Positions 1 to 9,973 of a DNA stretch of 64,000 bases are shown one piece after another. Within the stretch, counting starts at the first letter, position 1; every line of letters starts with the position of its first letter. The stretch lies in assembly GCA_963663765.2 (NCBI GenBank), contig CAXXUA010000015.1, positions 32,001 to 96,000 of the forward strand, in the 5' to 3' direction. The DNA comes from Candidatus Poribacteria bacterium. Lineage in GTDB: Bacteria > Poribacteria > WGA-4E > WGA-3G. A program made the position numbers and the translations under genes. The notes below the pieces were generated by a model, which did no database searches, had not been told where the DNA came from, and saw only the letters and a list, made by a program, of their open reading frames with translations.

Positions 1-421
1 TCAAGGTGGTGGTGTAGGTCACTTGCTTCCGAATGTTGTTGATGGTAAATTTCAGCTACACGGTTTTGACATTATCCCTATTCCTGTTGAACACGGAAAT
101 GTTGATACTTTCGGTTATCGGATTGATGATTTTGGTTACTTGCCTGATGTTAAGACCTTACCAGAATCCTCACGACCACTTCTTGAAGGTATAAATATAT
201 TAGTCATTGATGCGTTAAGTTTCAATCCAAACCATCCAACACATCAATCAGTGGGACAGGCATTGGAAATTAGTGCTGCGTTGAAACCGAAGAAAACGTA
301 TTTTACTCACATTATGCATCGTCTTGACCATCGCTATTTTCCTGATCAATGTAAGGAGCAAAACATTGATTTACCTGACAATGCTTATCTTGCCTACGAT
401 GGTCAGGTTATAAGTTTCTGA
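1..421 (+). CDS. MBL-fold metallo-hydrolase (PhnP-like), 5'-truncated by window edge
   Basis: Motifs IPVEHG, GYLPDV, LVIDAL, HPTH, YFTHIMH and LAYDG are typical of the PhnP/YycJ-like C-terminal half. Confidence 0.85.
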   Translation, partial: QGGGVGHLLPNVVDGKFQLHGFDIIPIPVEHGNVDTFGYRIDDFGYLPDVKTLPESSRPLLEGINILVIDALSFNPNHPTHQSVGQALEISAALKPKKTYFTHIMHRLDHRYFPDQCKEQNIDLPDNAYLAYDGQVISF

Positions 422-600
422 CATACTCCCCAAGCTAAAGCATGGGGGTTCTTAGTTCTTATATTGGAAACAGTTTGAGTTGTTTCCAAACGACTTTTCC
501 TGCTTCCGTGTCTCGTGCCCTTTCCTGAACAGCGTTGGGTCTTATTTGCACTCCACAGGCGTGACTTTCGGTGTGTCCCACCGTACTTGGTTTCAAGTTT
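398..600 (-). ncRNA. predicted TnpB omegaRNA (reRNA) overlapping tnpB 3' end and IS right end, with guide from the flank
   Basis: Inferred from known IS605 architecture; boundaries approximate; guide would begin AAACTTATAACCTGACC. Confidence 0.55.
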
Positions 601-1839
601 ATTGCAGCGTTGACATCTCTATCTATAGACATATCACATTGACTGCAGTGATACATTCTTTCTGAAAGTGTTAGGTCTTTCTTTTTGTGTCCACAACCGG
701 AACAGGTTTTACTACTTGCAAAGAACTGATTTGCTTGTAATACAGGTATACCGCGCACTTCCGCTTTTGTCTTGAGTTTTAGCAGGAAACCGCCTAATGC
801 TGAATCTGACAATACTTTTGCGAGGTTTCTGTTCTTCAGCATATTAGTAACCTTGAGTGTCTCAATACCGATCGCAGATGCGAGGTTGACAATCTCTGTA
901 GTTGCTTTATGATGTGCATCGTTTCGGATACAAGCGATACGATAGTGGATACGTTCTAACTTGTGTTTCTGCTTGAACCAGTTGTTAGACTTGAAAACTT
1001 TTCTACTTAATCTACGTTGTTCTCTTGCTAACTTCTTTTCATATCGTTTCAGGGGTCTTGGATTATCATATTTCGTGCTATCACTCAAGGTGGCAAGGGT
1101 GTTTATGCCTACATCTATACCAATCACAGGGTGCGTTGAGTTATCAACTGCTTCGGTGTCCTCTGTTTCTATGGTGATAGATACAAACCAACGATGTGCT
1201 GTCCTTGAGATCGTCACTTTCATAATCTTACCCACAAAACGCAATGATTCAAACATGCTAATCCAACCAATCTTAGGAAGTTTGATACGCTTGCCTTCAA
1301 CTTCTACAGATTGATTATTTGTGGTGAATGCGTCCTTTTTGCCACGCTTCTTGAACTTCGGAAATCTCGCACGTTTACCAACCCAATTCGCAAGCGCAGC
1401 AGACAAGTTACCAAATATGCTTTTATTGGCTACAACCTGATCCATATCTTTAGTCCAAGCATGTGCTTTCTTAGCAATATTAAATCGAGTGTTTAACTTC
1501 GCAGCGGATAAGAACTCATCATTTGCCAATGCAGACTTGAAATCTGCTAATGCATGATTATATGCAAATCTCGCATAGCCACACTGTTGTGCAAACCAAT
1601 TTCGTTGAGTGTTATTTGGATTCAAGGCAATCTTATGTGTTTTTAGCATGATGATATTCCAGTCCTATGAAGATGTCAGTTCCCTCTACTAAAGGTGTGT
1701 AGGTGTTAGTAGCACCTACACTGAACTGGTATAATGAGTATCTCATGGTTTTAACCAAAAATCAAGTTTTTTCTTGACACAAGCACTTAGCACGACTACA
1801 TCCCACTACCTAAAGGTAGGGGTTTTGTCGTGATTCTTG
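418..1839 (-). mobile_element. IS200/IS605-family element, IS1341-type (tnpB only, no tnpA)
   Basis: Minus-strand left end TTAT|CAAGAATCACGAC...GTCGTG hairpin (1791-1839); right end GAACCCCCATGCTTTAGCTTGGGGAGTATGTCAG hairpin (418-451); joining 417 to 1840 restores an in-frame TTA TAA end for the upstream gene. Confidence 0.85.
459..1649 (-). CDS. tnpB: RNA-guided endonuclease TnpB
   Basis: N-terminal HTH, RuvC-I GIDVG, RuvC-II IETL, zinc finger CSGC...CSQC and RuvC-III DRDVNAAIN all intact. Confidence 0.95.
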   Translation of the reverse strand: MLKTHKIALNPNNTQRNWFAQQCGYARFAYNHALADFKSALANDEFLSAAKLNTRFNIAKKAHAWTKDMDQVVANKSIFGNLSAALANWVGKRARFPKFKKRGKKDAFTTNNQSVEVEGKRIKLPKIGWISMFESLRFVGKIMKVTISRTAHRWFVSITIETEDTEAVDNSTHPVIGIDVGINTLATLSDSTKYDNPRPLKRYEKKLAREQRRLSRKVFKSNNWFKQKHKLERIHYRIACIRNDAHHKATTEIVNLASAIGIETLKVTNMLKNRNLAKVLSDSALGGFLLKLKTKAEVRGIPVLQANQFFASSKTCSGCGHKKKDLTLSERMYHCSQCDMSIDRDVNAAINLKPSTVGHTESHACGVQIRPNAVQERARDTEAGKVVWKQLKLFPI

Positions 1840-1879
1840 ATAATTCTTACACTCCAAATTGGAATAATTGCAGACATTG

Positions 1880-3589
1880 TTATTTGCTGTTTTTCTGTGG
1901 GACTGCTGGTTCAACATAAAGCGTTTTTTCGTGTGTGTAATGCACATAGCCAGCAACATTTCCCTTACGTTTTACTACATACCGTGCCCAAGTATAGTCT
2001 ACCGGAACATAACTTGAATGATGTGCCTTGCTGTAAAAAGCAGCGAGTTGTGCGGCTTGTAATAGTGTTGGCATAGGAATGTCTGGACGGTTTTCGGGGT
2101 TGCGGATAATGACATGTGATCCGTGTATCTGCTTTGCATGCAACCACATATCTCGTGGTTTAGCAATCTCACGTAGTAGTAAATCGTTTGATTGACTATT
2201 CCGTCCAACATAGATGTGAAACCCGTTTTTTGAGACATATTTACGGAAGGGACCTTCAGCTTTTTCCTGCTGCTTTTTGTTTCGATTTTGTGTTTTTATG
2301 TATCCATTTTCTATCAGGACATCTTGTAGTTTGTTTAAATCTTTGAGGGAATTTGCTGAACCTAACCTGAGTTCATAGTTTTTCACTATCTCTTTTTCTG
2401 TGTCCAGTTCCCCTATTCTTTGTTGTATCTGTGATAACCCGCGTTTTGCTTTAGTGTATTTCTTGAAAAATGCTTGTGCATTTTCTGAGGGTGTCTGTAT
2501 CGGATTAAGTGAGATTGTAATGTTTTCCATCTCATCACTGTAATAATTCTGCAATTCTACTTCTTCTTGACCCCGAGAAATATTATGGAGATTTGCAAGT
2601 AAGAGTTCACCCAGAATTCGGTAATCTTCAGCTTTTTCTGATCGGTCTAAATCCTTGCGTAGACCTATTTCTTTCCGTTTAAGCAGATTTTTCTGTTTCT
2701 CCAGTGCCTGTTTCAGACCGTGTCTTTTTGATGTTAGGTTTTCTCTTAAGGTAACTGCATCATAATATGCGGAAAGAGCTTCACTCATTGAGGAAAATGA
2801 TTGAGAAGTGGTATCGGCGTATTGTGTTAATGGTAGTGGTGACACTGCAACAGGTTCGTTGTCTTTCATTATTAGTTCTGGTTCTGCATTCTTGGGGTCA
2901 AAATATGCAACGACTTGATTATATGCTTCCCAAAGATCATAATATTCTGTGCGCGCAATTATTTCCTTTGCAAGTGTTGGACTAAGACCATCAATCTGGT
3001 TAAAAAGAGATTTCCAGTTAAACTCTGTATCTACAAAAAGTTCTGAAAACGTTGCTTTGTCTATTGACAATGGATCTAACTTTTCTTGTTGTGGTGGCAA
3101 AGTGTATGTCTCACCTGGGAGTACTTCTCTATAACGACTCATTGTCTCGTCAATGTGTTTAAGACATTCAATGATCCTATCTTCAGTCGTATCAATCAGA
3201 ATGATGTTGCTGTGTTTACCCATGAATTCAGCGATGATTGCCTTTTGTGGTATTTGGATGGGTTCGTCAGAAACAGGTTGGATTGTTATTTTCAAAATTC
3301 TGTCACAACCCAGTTGTTGTATATCTACGATTTTTCCATGTTTTAGGTGTGTTGCAAGAAAGTCTGCGAAATAGGATTGTTTCTGTCCTGCGGGTGGTTT
3401 TTGAATGAGATGAGCGCGTGCATGAACAGAATGTGCTGATATTGTTAACCAGTGAGTTTGCTTATCTTTTAATATCTTAACGGAAAATGTTGTTGGGTTA
3501 GATTGTTCAATATGTCGAATTGTCCCACCAATCAGATTTTGGCGCAATTCATGGGTAACAATGCGTAGTGTTAGACTATCATAAGACAT
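1880..3589 (-). CDS. rqcH: NFACT/RqcH (FbpA-like) ribosome quality-control protein
   Basis: DRIL and EFMGKHSNIIL motifs, coiled coil, NFACT-R domain VGRN..SND...WLHA..IHGSHV, VPVDYT. Confidence 0.9.
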   Translation of the reverse strand: MSYDSLTLRIVTHELRQNLIGGTIRHIEQSNPTTFSVKILKDKQTHWLTISAHSVHARAHLIQKPPAGQKQSYFADFLATHLKHGKIVDIQQLGCDRILKITIQPVSDEPIQIPQKAIIAEFMGKHSNIILIDTTEDRIIECLKHIDETMSRYREVLPGETYTLPPQQEKLDPLSIDKATFSELFVDTEFNWKSLFNQIDGLSPTLAKEIIARTEYYDLWEAYNQVVAYFDPKNAEPELIMKDNEPVAVSPLPLTQYADTTSQSFSSMSEALSAYYDAVTLRENLTSKRHGLKQALEKQKNLLKRKEIGLRKDLDRSEKAEDYRILGELLLANLHNISRGQEEVELQNYYSDEMENITISLNPIQTPSENAQAFFKKYTKAKRGLSQIQQRIGELDTEKEIVKNYELRLGSANSLKDLNKLQDVLIENGYIKTQNRNKKQQEKAEGPFRKYVSKNGFHIYVGRNSQSNDLLLREIAKPRDMWLHAKQIHGSHVIIRNPENRPDIPMPTLLQAAQLAAFYSKAHHSSYVPVDYTWARYVVKRKGNVAGYVHYTHEKTLYVEPAVPQKNSK

Positions 3590-3610
3590 AGGAAAATCTC
3601 TGAAATTATA

Positions 3611-4549
3611 CTAATGGTATCGTTTCAAGTCTTGCGTGATTCTGCGAAGTTGTATCTGAATATCTTTTGGAACGCGTGGGTTGAATGGTGCACCGGTGCC
3701 TGCTTCAATATCGTCAAATTTACTTTGAATCATAGTTTCAACTACGGCAGAATAGTTAAATATTCTCTCGTTCATGAAACGTATTTCTTCAAGGAGAGAA
3801 ATGTCTTCCTCAATCTGAGCAGAGGTCTGATAATCACCTTTTCTTTGTGCATTATTTATTTCATCAGATGCGCGTGCGTAAGCAACTGCGATACCCGATG
3901 TATGTCCCTTTGTTCCTAACTGAGCAGCTCGCGTACATCTATCTCCAATGCCCCAGATAACAATGCCATTTTCTCCTACACCTTCAACGAGTGGAATAAC
4001 ACCATCTTCATCAGTTCCGATTTTTATACCGATGATATGAGGTGAATCGTTAATTAGTCTTATGACAGCCTTTATATCGCGTTTTTGTCTGAAATAGTAT
4101 AGAAATCTCGCATTACAATTACTTCCATAGTAATCAGTGAATTTCATATAAGTTTCATAGATACCATCAGGACTTGATATTCCCGATAATGGCATCAACA
4201 GATATACGTCAGGGGGTCTGTTCAATTCGCTCTGTGCTTCAATCAACTGACCAGCTTGCTTAATAGGATTTGGAACGATACCAGATATAAGGATACCATC
4301 AGTACCCATCTGCTTCCCAGTGGATTCAATCAGTCGTAACTGCTCAGTTTCAGCAATGTGGTGTATTAGGCTGGTACCAGCGATAGCGATAACACGTTTA
4401 CGTTCGTTATCAAGATAGTTATTAGACATCAGATAGTCAACGTTTTTTGCATGACCCACATAGTCAATTTTATCACCTTTGAATGGAATGATAGGTATGG
4501 TCGTGACTGAATTGAGTGCGTCTAATAAGTCGGGTAATTCAAATTCCAT
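3611..4549 (-). CDS. dihydrodipicolinate synthase/class I aldolase family protein
   Basis: TIPIIPF..D.ID, AGTS, IIGIKIG Schiff-base Lys, G..GHTSGIA. Confidence 0.75.
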   Translation of the reverse strand: MEFELPDLLDALNSVTTIPIIPFKGDKIDYVGHAKNVDYLMSNNYLDNERKRVIAIAGTSLIHHIAETEQLRLIESTGKQMGTDGILISGIVPNPIKQAGQLIEAQSELNRPPDVYLLMPLSGISSPDGIYETYMKFTDYYGSNCNARFLYYFRQKRDIKAVIRLINDSPHIIGIKIGTDEDGVIPLVEGVGENGIVIWGIGDRCTRAAQLGTKGHTSGIAVAYARASDEINNAQRKGDYQTSAQIEEDISLLEEIRFMNERIFNYSAVVETMIQSKFDDIEAGTGAPFNPRVPKDIQIQLRRITQDLKRYH

Positions 4550-4561
4550 TGCTTTCTCCAG

Positions 4562-5359
4562 TTAGAACTGCTTTCTAAGTACTAGTGCACTTTTTAGTTT
4601 ACCTGCATCAACATTTGTATCTAATTCTAATTGGAAATTACCTGCTTGTTGCATTTTTTGATTCCATCGTTTAGTCGTGATTCGTGCCTCTACTGCACTA
4701 AAAATATGATTTAGTATGACTAATCCTAACACGGTTCGTGCTTGTTGGAATGTGTCATTTGCATCTTGTCGTAAGTCATAAGCCTCTAATCTATATTTTG
4801 AGTCGAACTCAATGTCAGTATCCTTTTCATCCTTTAGCGATGGGTCAAGGTCTTTCCAATACCATTTCCCAGTGCGTGTTCGCGTTGTTGCAGAATCATA
4901 AACATGGTTCCAGTTTTCATATTGTGTTGCATGCTCAAAATCTTCAATGATGTCCCACGATTCAAACGAACCAGGACCTATGAAGATGACGTTGTCCCTA
5001 ACGACATCCCGATAATCGTCTCGCGTATTCACTGCACTGTTTCGTAGCAAAAAATAGGTAACAAGCAATCCGATCTCTGCTGCTGTATAGATGTAGCCAT
5101 GTTTTGCACCAGTGTAAATTTGCCCCATTCCTGGGATTGCAAGGGAATAAAGAAATGCTTCAGTAGGTGATTTTCGGGGAACAAGATTTTCCTCAGCATA
5201 AGTTGAAATTAGTGAGAAATCTGATAGAGTTCTAATACCAAGTTTTGAATCCAAATAGAATTCTGTTAGTGGGTTAGTATGGGTTGGATTGTCTGCTAAG
5301 CATATAGCGGACGTAAAACACAAAAAAGATATACAGATTAGTGTTGTAGTGTTTTTCAC
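4562..5359 (-). CDS. hypothetical exported/outer-membrane protein (DUF5683-like)
   Basis: Signal peptide, KSP..AFLYSLAIPGMGQIY motif, C-terminal Phe. Confidence 0.55.
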   Translation of the reverse strand: MKNTTTLICISFLCFTSAICLADNPTHTNPLTEFYLDSKLGIRTLSDFSLISTYAEENLVPRKSPTEAFLYSLAIPGMGQIYTGAKHGYIYTAAEIGLLVTYFLLRNSAVNTRDDYRDVVRDNVIFIGPGSFESWDIIEDFEHATQYENWNHVYDSATTRTRTGKWYWKDLDPSLKDEKDTDIEFDSKYRLEAYDLRQDANDTFQQARTVLGLVILNHIFSAVEARITTKRWNQKMQQAGNFQLELDTNVDAGKLKSALVLRKQF

Positions 5360-5383
5360 TGATAAAATAATTCCTATAAAAGA

Positions 5384-6544
5384 CTAAAATACAACGACTC
5401 CTGTTGCTTCAATAAGTCTTTCTTGGTTAGGACCAAATCGTGGACCATAGGTTAAGTCAAAACTAAATAGAGAATACTTTATGCCAATGCCGTAAGTCAG
5501 ATGATCCGTTAAATCTGGCAAGTTAATACCCGGTTCCGATTTGTATCCGACTCTTAGAGCCAACAAGTTTCCAAGCCAATATTCTAAACCAAGGTTTTTT
5601 TGCAGATGTCTCCATTCAAGAGAACGAAAACCTACACCTCGATCAGAAAGGAGTTGTTCCTTAGTGAGTTTATCGGTTCTATCAGCATTAAGTCTTTCCA
5701 AATCTGCTTCTAATTCAGTTTCATCTTCAGTGAGTTTATCAATATAAGCAGTTAACCCAGTAACGAACCGTAAATGATTGTACCTATCTTGATATAAACT
5801 GGTAGAAGTTCCGATTCTGAACATTCTTGGTAGTGGGTCTGCTTGGTTTTCATCTATAAATGAGATTCCTGGACCAATATTTTGAATAGCAAGACCGACA
5901 GTAGTTGGTATTGGTCTGAACGGAAGTAGATATTGTACACCCAAATCAACCGCATAGGAACTTCCATTCTCTCTGCCGAGTACCATTCGGATCATTTTCC
6001 CATTTATTCCAGCAGCCAAAGAATTCGTAATCTTATCTGCGTATGAGAATGTGATTGCCATGTTCGTACCAAGATTTTCCTCACGTAGCACATCTGGAGA
6101 ATCACTTGTTACTTGAATAGTTCCTTGTCCTTGCAATTGTAAAGTTGCTGCGACTGTGCCTATATCACCGAGAGGTAATGCACCGGAAACGAAAGTGTAG
6201 TATAACCCTTCACCAGCTTCTCCGAATGGTGCACTATAGTCAGTGTAAAACATTGAGGCTTGTGCTCCCTGCCTACCAGTACGTAATTTGCTTTCAGGCA
6301 TGACAGCTAAACCACTTGGATTCCACAAGGTGGTAGTTACATCACCAGACATAGCAGAAAACGCGTCACCCATTGCTCTTGCTCTGGCACCACCGCCTAA
6401 ATTTAGAATTTGTGCACCTGTTCTACCAGGGCCCGCAGATACTGTTGCTGGGATAGCGAATATTACCAGCATCAGTAATATAGATATTTTCTTCATTAAT
6501 CGTGTAGCTAATTGTTCGTTGAAATTCCATTTGAAATTCAACAA
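5384..6544 (-). CDS. PorV/PorQ-family (UPF0164/FadL-like) outer membrane beta-barrel
   Basis: GGGARARAMGDAF, WNPSGLA, DLGVQY, ADPLP, GLEYW...LALRVGY; terminal Phe; GGAGG RBS before TTG start. Confidence 0.8.
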   Translation of the reverse strand: MLNFKWNFNEQLATRLMKKISILLMLVIFAIPATVSAGPGRTGAQILNLGGGARARAMGDAFSAMSGDVTTTLWNPSGLAVMPESKLRTGRQGAQASMFYTDYSAPFGEAGEGLYYTFVSGALPLGDIGTVAATLQLQGQGTIQVTSDSPDVLREENLGTNMAITFSYADKITNSLAAGINGKMIRMVLGRENGSSYAVDLGVQYLLPFRPIPTTVGLAIQNIGPGISFIDENQADPLPRMFRIGTSTSLYQDRYNHLRFVTGLTAYIDKLTEDETELEADLERLNADRTDKLTKEQLLSDRGVGFRSLEWRHLQKNLGLEYWLGNLLALRVGYKSEPGINLPDLTDHLTYGIGIKYSLFSFDLTYGPRFGPNQERLIEATGVVVF

Positions 6545-6805
6545 ATAGCACCTCCAATGTACATTATGTGATTGTAAAGAAGTGTATATATTGTATAACG
6601 TAAAAAGGTTCGTTGGGTTTACATTGATATATTTGGAAATTGGTTTTTAATTGTATAATATGCAGGACTAATGCAGTTTACTCTTATAGTCTCCTTGATA
6701 TGTTAGAATGCGTAAATCCTGAATAAATAAGTTTTCTCACAAGTGTCAATCCATGTAAGAATCAAAAGTGTTAGCATTTCACTTGAGGGAGGGTTTCTCC
6801 TGTAT

Positions 6806-6909
6806 GAGGGGTTTGTAACCCCGATTATACAGGATTCAAATTGCTAAATCCGGATTGAAAACCCAGATCTCAAAGAACATGCATAACAAATCGGGGTTAC
6901 AAACCCCTC
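6806..6909. repeat. REP-like inverted pair
   Basis: GAGGGGTTTGTAACCCCGATT ... AATCGGGGTTACAAACCCCTC, perfect 21-bp inverted repeat. Confidence 0.8.
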
Positions 6910-7050
6910 TCACAAAGATGTATTGTGACAATTGAATACCTCTGCAAAATATACTTGCAAAATTTTCTCAAGTATGGTATCCTTATTCATTAAGAAAACA
7001 GTATGAAACCTACCCACATATTTTGACGTTAACTTCAAGGAGTCTATACA

Positions 7051-7476
7051 ATGGACGCAAGAACGCTATCACTACCGATTAGCACCCTTGATTACAAACA
7101 ACCTTCAACCGTACAAGAAGGCACTCCCGTTTCAGATGCAATAGACATTATGCAAGCGGAGGGATTCGGATGCGTCCTTGTCGTAGACAACGATCAACGT
7201 CTTGTCGGAATTATAACTGACCGTGATCTACTCGTTAATATTTGTGGAAAACGATTAGACCCTGAAGTAGTAAAAGTTGAAGAAATAATGTCAACGAACC
7301 CAGAATCTTTGCGTGCAAGTGACTCAATCGCTTTCGCTTTGAACCTGATGCATCTCGGACATTTTAGACATGTCCCACTCAGTATCTGGGACGATCAAAA
7401 TCAACAATTTCCAGTTGGACTTATTTCAACACGAGACATTTTAGACCACGTGGCAATTTTCATTGAGAACCAGTAA
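7051..7476 (+). CDS. CBS-domain protein
   Basis: Tandem CBS motifs (LVGIITDRDLL, FRHVP, GLISTRDIL). Confidence 0.9.
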   Translation: MDARTLSLPISTLDYKQPSTVQEGTPVSDAIDIMQAEGFGCVLVVDNDQRLVGIITDRDLLVNICGKRLDPEVVKVEEIMSTNPESLRASDSIAFALNLMHLGHFRHVPLSIWDDQNQQFPVGLISTRDILDHVAIFIENQ

Positions 7477-7490
7477 GGAGGCGAATAAAG

Positions 7491-8030
7491 ATGCTATACG
7501 AACACGCAATTGATGAAGAAATAGCACAGATGGATGAAGATATAGAAGCCTCTCAAAAAGCGTTGCAAGTCAGTGAAATTAAAGTACCACTTCGTAGTTT
7601 GATGCGCGGTTGCATTACAATTGATATAGGTGCTAGCACACAGAATGCTATTGATATACTCATCAAACATCGTATCGGTGCAGCTTCGGTCGTAGAAAAT
7701 GAAAAAATACGCGGTATCTTCGGTGAACGGGACGTACTACGAAAAATCCTAAATAAACAGGTCGGAGAACTCTCGGATATTCCTGTTACACATTTCATGA
7801 AAGCTGACCCACAAACGGCAAAACCCAATGATATGTTGGATATTGCAGTCCTTTACATGGCAAAAGGAGGATTCCGACATTTACCAATCGTCAATGAAGA
7901 ACAGCAACCCATTGGCATGGTTTCAATCCGAGATGTTATCTCCTATCTCGTGGATTTTTTCCCACAAGAAGTCTTGACATTGCCACCAAACCCGATACGA
8001 GATGCGTTGAAAGCACGAGAAGGAGCATAA
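7491..8030 (+). CDS. CBS-domain protein
   Basis: GIFGERDVL, GFRHLPIV, GMVSIRDVI. Confidence 0.9.
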   Translation: MLYEHAIDEEIAQMDEDIEASQKALQVSEIKVPLRSLMRGCITIDIGASTQNAIDILIKHRIGAASVVENEKIRGIFGERDVLRKILNKQVGELSDIPVTHFMKADPQTAKPNDMLDIAVLYMAKGGFRHLPIVNEEQQPIGMVSIRDVISYLVDFFPQEVLTLPPNPIRDALKAREGA

Positions 8031-8106
8031 AAATGGAAATGGTTTCTTATAGGTGCATACACCAGTACCACCTTTAACAATACGAACAAAAAAAGGTTGA
8101 ACACTG

Positions 8107-9936
8107 ATGCGTAAGCAAGTAGAACAAATCAAATCAGCAACCGTCCTCTTTGCTGGGGATTCAGGTGACGGGTCCCAAACAATCGGAACACAGATGACTG
8201 AAACCTCCGCTATTGTCGGAAACGATGTCGCCACGTTACCCGATTACCCTGCCGAAATAAAAGCTCCAGCAGGATCACTTGCCGGTGTATCCGGATTCCA
8301 ATTACACTTTTCCAGTGAAACAATTCACACACCAGGAGATAATTGTGATGTACTCGTCGTAATGAATCCTGCTGCACTAAAAGTCAATTTACACAAACTA
8401 AAAGATAACGGTATACTAATTGTCAATGCAGACAATTTCGCGCGAAAAAACCTACGACTCGCTGGATATGAAGAAAACCCGTTAGAAGATGATACACTCG
8501 CAAAATATCAGGTCTTTCAAGTTGAACTCACACGCCTGACTCGAAAAGTCCTTGAAGAAACTGACTTATCTTTTAGTGAACAAGATAGATGTAAAAACTT
8601 CTTTGCACTCGGAATGATACTCTGGTTATACAATCGTCCAATGGATTACACCTTCAGATGGATAAAAACAAAATTCGGTACAAAAAGTCCGCGCTACATC
8701 GAACCGAACATTTTAGCACTCCGAGCAGGAAATAACTATTGCGATATGACTGAGCAATTCGTTACCTCTTATGAGGTTAAATCCGCAAAATTTGAGCCAG
8801 GGAAATACAGAAATATTGAAGGAAATATGTCCACTGTTCTTGGACTTGTCGCAGCCGCACACAAATCCGGTCTAAAGCTTATATACGGTAGTTATCCAAT
8901 TACACCCGCAAGTGACATCCTTCACGGATTAGCAAATTATCGTAACTTCGGTATAATTACAATGCAAATGGAAGATGAAATCGCTGCTGTCGGAGTTGCA
9001 ATTGGAGCTGCATATAGCGGTGCACTCGGTGTCACAGGGAGTAGCGGACCCGGTCTTGCGCTCAAATCCGAAGCAATAAATCTCGCTATGATCGCTGAAC
9101 TCCCTATTGTCGTTTGCAATATACAAAGAGCTGGACCTTCTACCGGAATGCCTACAAAGACTGAACAAGCTGACCTGCTTCAGATGTTCTATGGACGAAA
9201 CGGTGAATCCCCAATACCCATAATTTCCGCATGCCGTCCAACCGACTGTTTCAATACCGTCTATGAAGCATGCAGAATAGCAGTGAAATACAGAACACCT
9301 GTCATCTTTCTGTCAGAATTATATATTGCTCTCGGGGCTGAACCTTGGCTGATCCCAAATGTGGATGATCTACCGAAGATTGAACCGAACTTCCAAGCAA
9401 ATACCAACGGCTTTGAACCGTACCTAAGGGACGACGCAACTCTCGCAAGACCATGGGCATTACCCGGTACACCCGGACTTGAACACCGAATCGGTGGATT
9501 GGAAAAATCTGATATTACTGGAAATGTCAGTTATGACGCAGAAAATCATGAAAATATGGTGAACATCAGAGCAGAAAAAGTTCAACGAATCACAAACGAA
9601 ATTCCACCTACCGAAATATATGGGGAACAGGAAGGGGACCTCCTTATGCTCGGTTGGGGTGGAACTTTCGGTGTAATCCGCACAGTCGTTGAAAACAGAC
9701 TTGAAGAAGGTCGCTCAATCGCTCACGTACACTTACGACACCTCAACCCATTACCAAGTGATTTAGGTGAAATACTAAAGCGATTCAAAACCGTTCTTAT
9801 TCCCGAACTAAACTCAGGACATCTGCTGCAATTAATACGCAGCAAATATCTTATTGATGCAGTGGGAGTCAACAAAATACAAGGACAACCATTCCACGTC
9901 TACGAACTGAATAACAAAATTGACACATACATTTAA
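8107..9936 (+). CDS. korA: 2-oxoacid:ferredoxin oxidoreductase alpha subunit (fused gamma-alpha)
   Basis: AGDSGDG, YPITPAS, QMEDEIAA, SGPG, QRAGPSTGMPT. Confidence 0.92.
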   Translation: MRKQVEQIKSATVLFAGDSGDGSQTIGTQMTETSAIVGNDVATLPDYPAEIKAPAGSLAGVSGFQLHFSSETIHTPGDNCDVLVVMNPAALKVNLHKLKDNGILIVNADNFARKNLRLAGYEENPLEDDTLAKYQVFQVELTRLTRKVLEETDLSFSEQDRCKNFFALGMILWLYNRPMDYTFRWIKTKFGTKSPRYIEPNILALRAGNNYCDMTEQFVTSYEVKSAKFEPGKYRNIEGNMSTVLGLVAAAHKSGLKLIYGSYPITPASDILHGLANYRNFGIITMQMEDEIAAVGVAIGAAYSGALGVTGSSGPGLALKSEAINLAMIAELPIVVCNIQRAGPSTGMPTKTEQADLLQMFYGRNGESPIPIISACRPTDCFNTVYEACRIAVKYRTPVIFLSELYIALGAEPWLIPNVDDLPKIEPNFQANTNGFEPYLRDDATLARPWALPGTPGLEHRIGGLEKSDITGNVSYDAENHENMVNIRAEKVQRITNEIPPTEIYGEQEGDLLMLGWGGTFGVIRTVVENRLEEGRSIAHVHLRHLNPLPSDLGEILKRFKTVLIPELNSGHLLQLIRSKYLIDAVGVNKIQGQPFHVYELNNKIDTYI

Positions 9937-9973
9937 TTTCACCCTATAATGTGCAAAAAAGGTAGGCACACTT

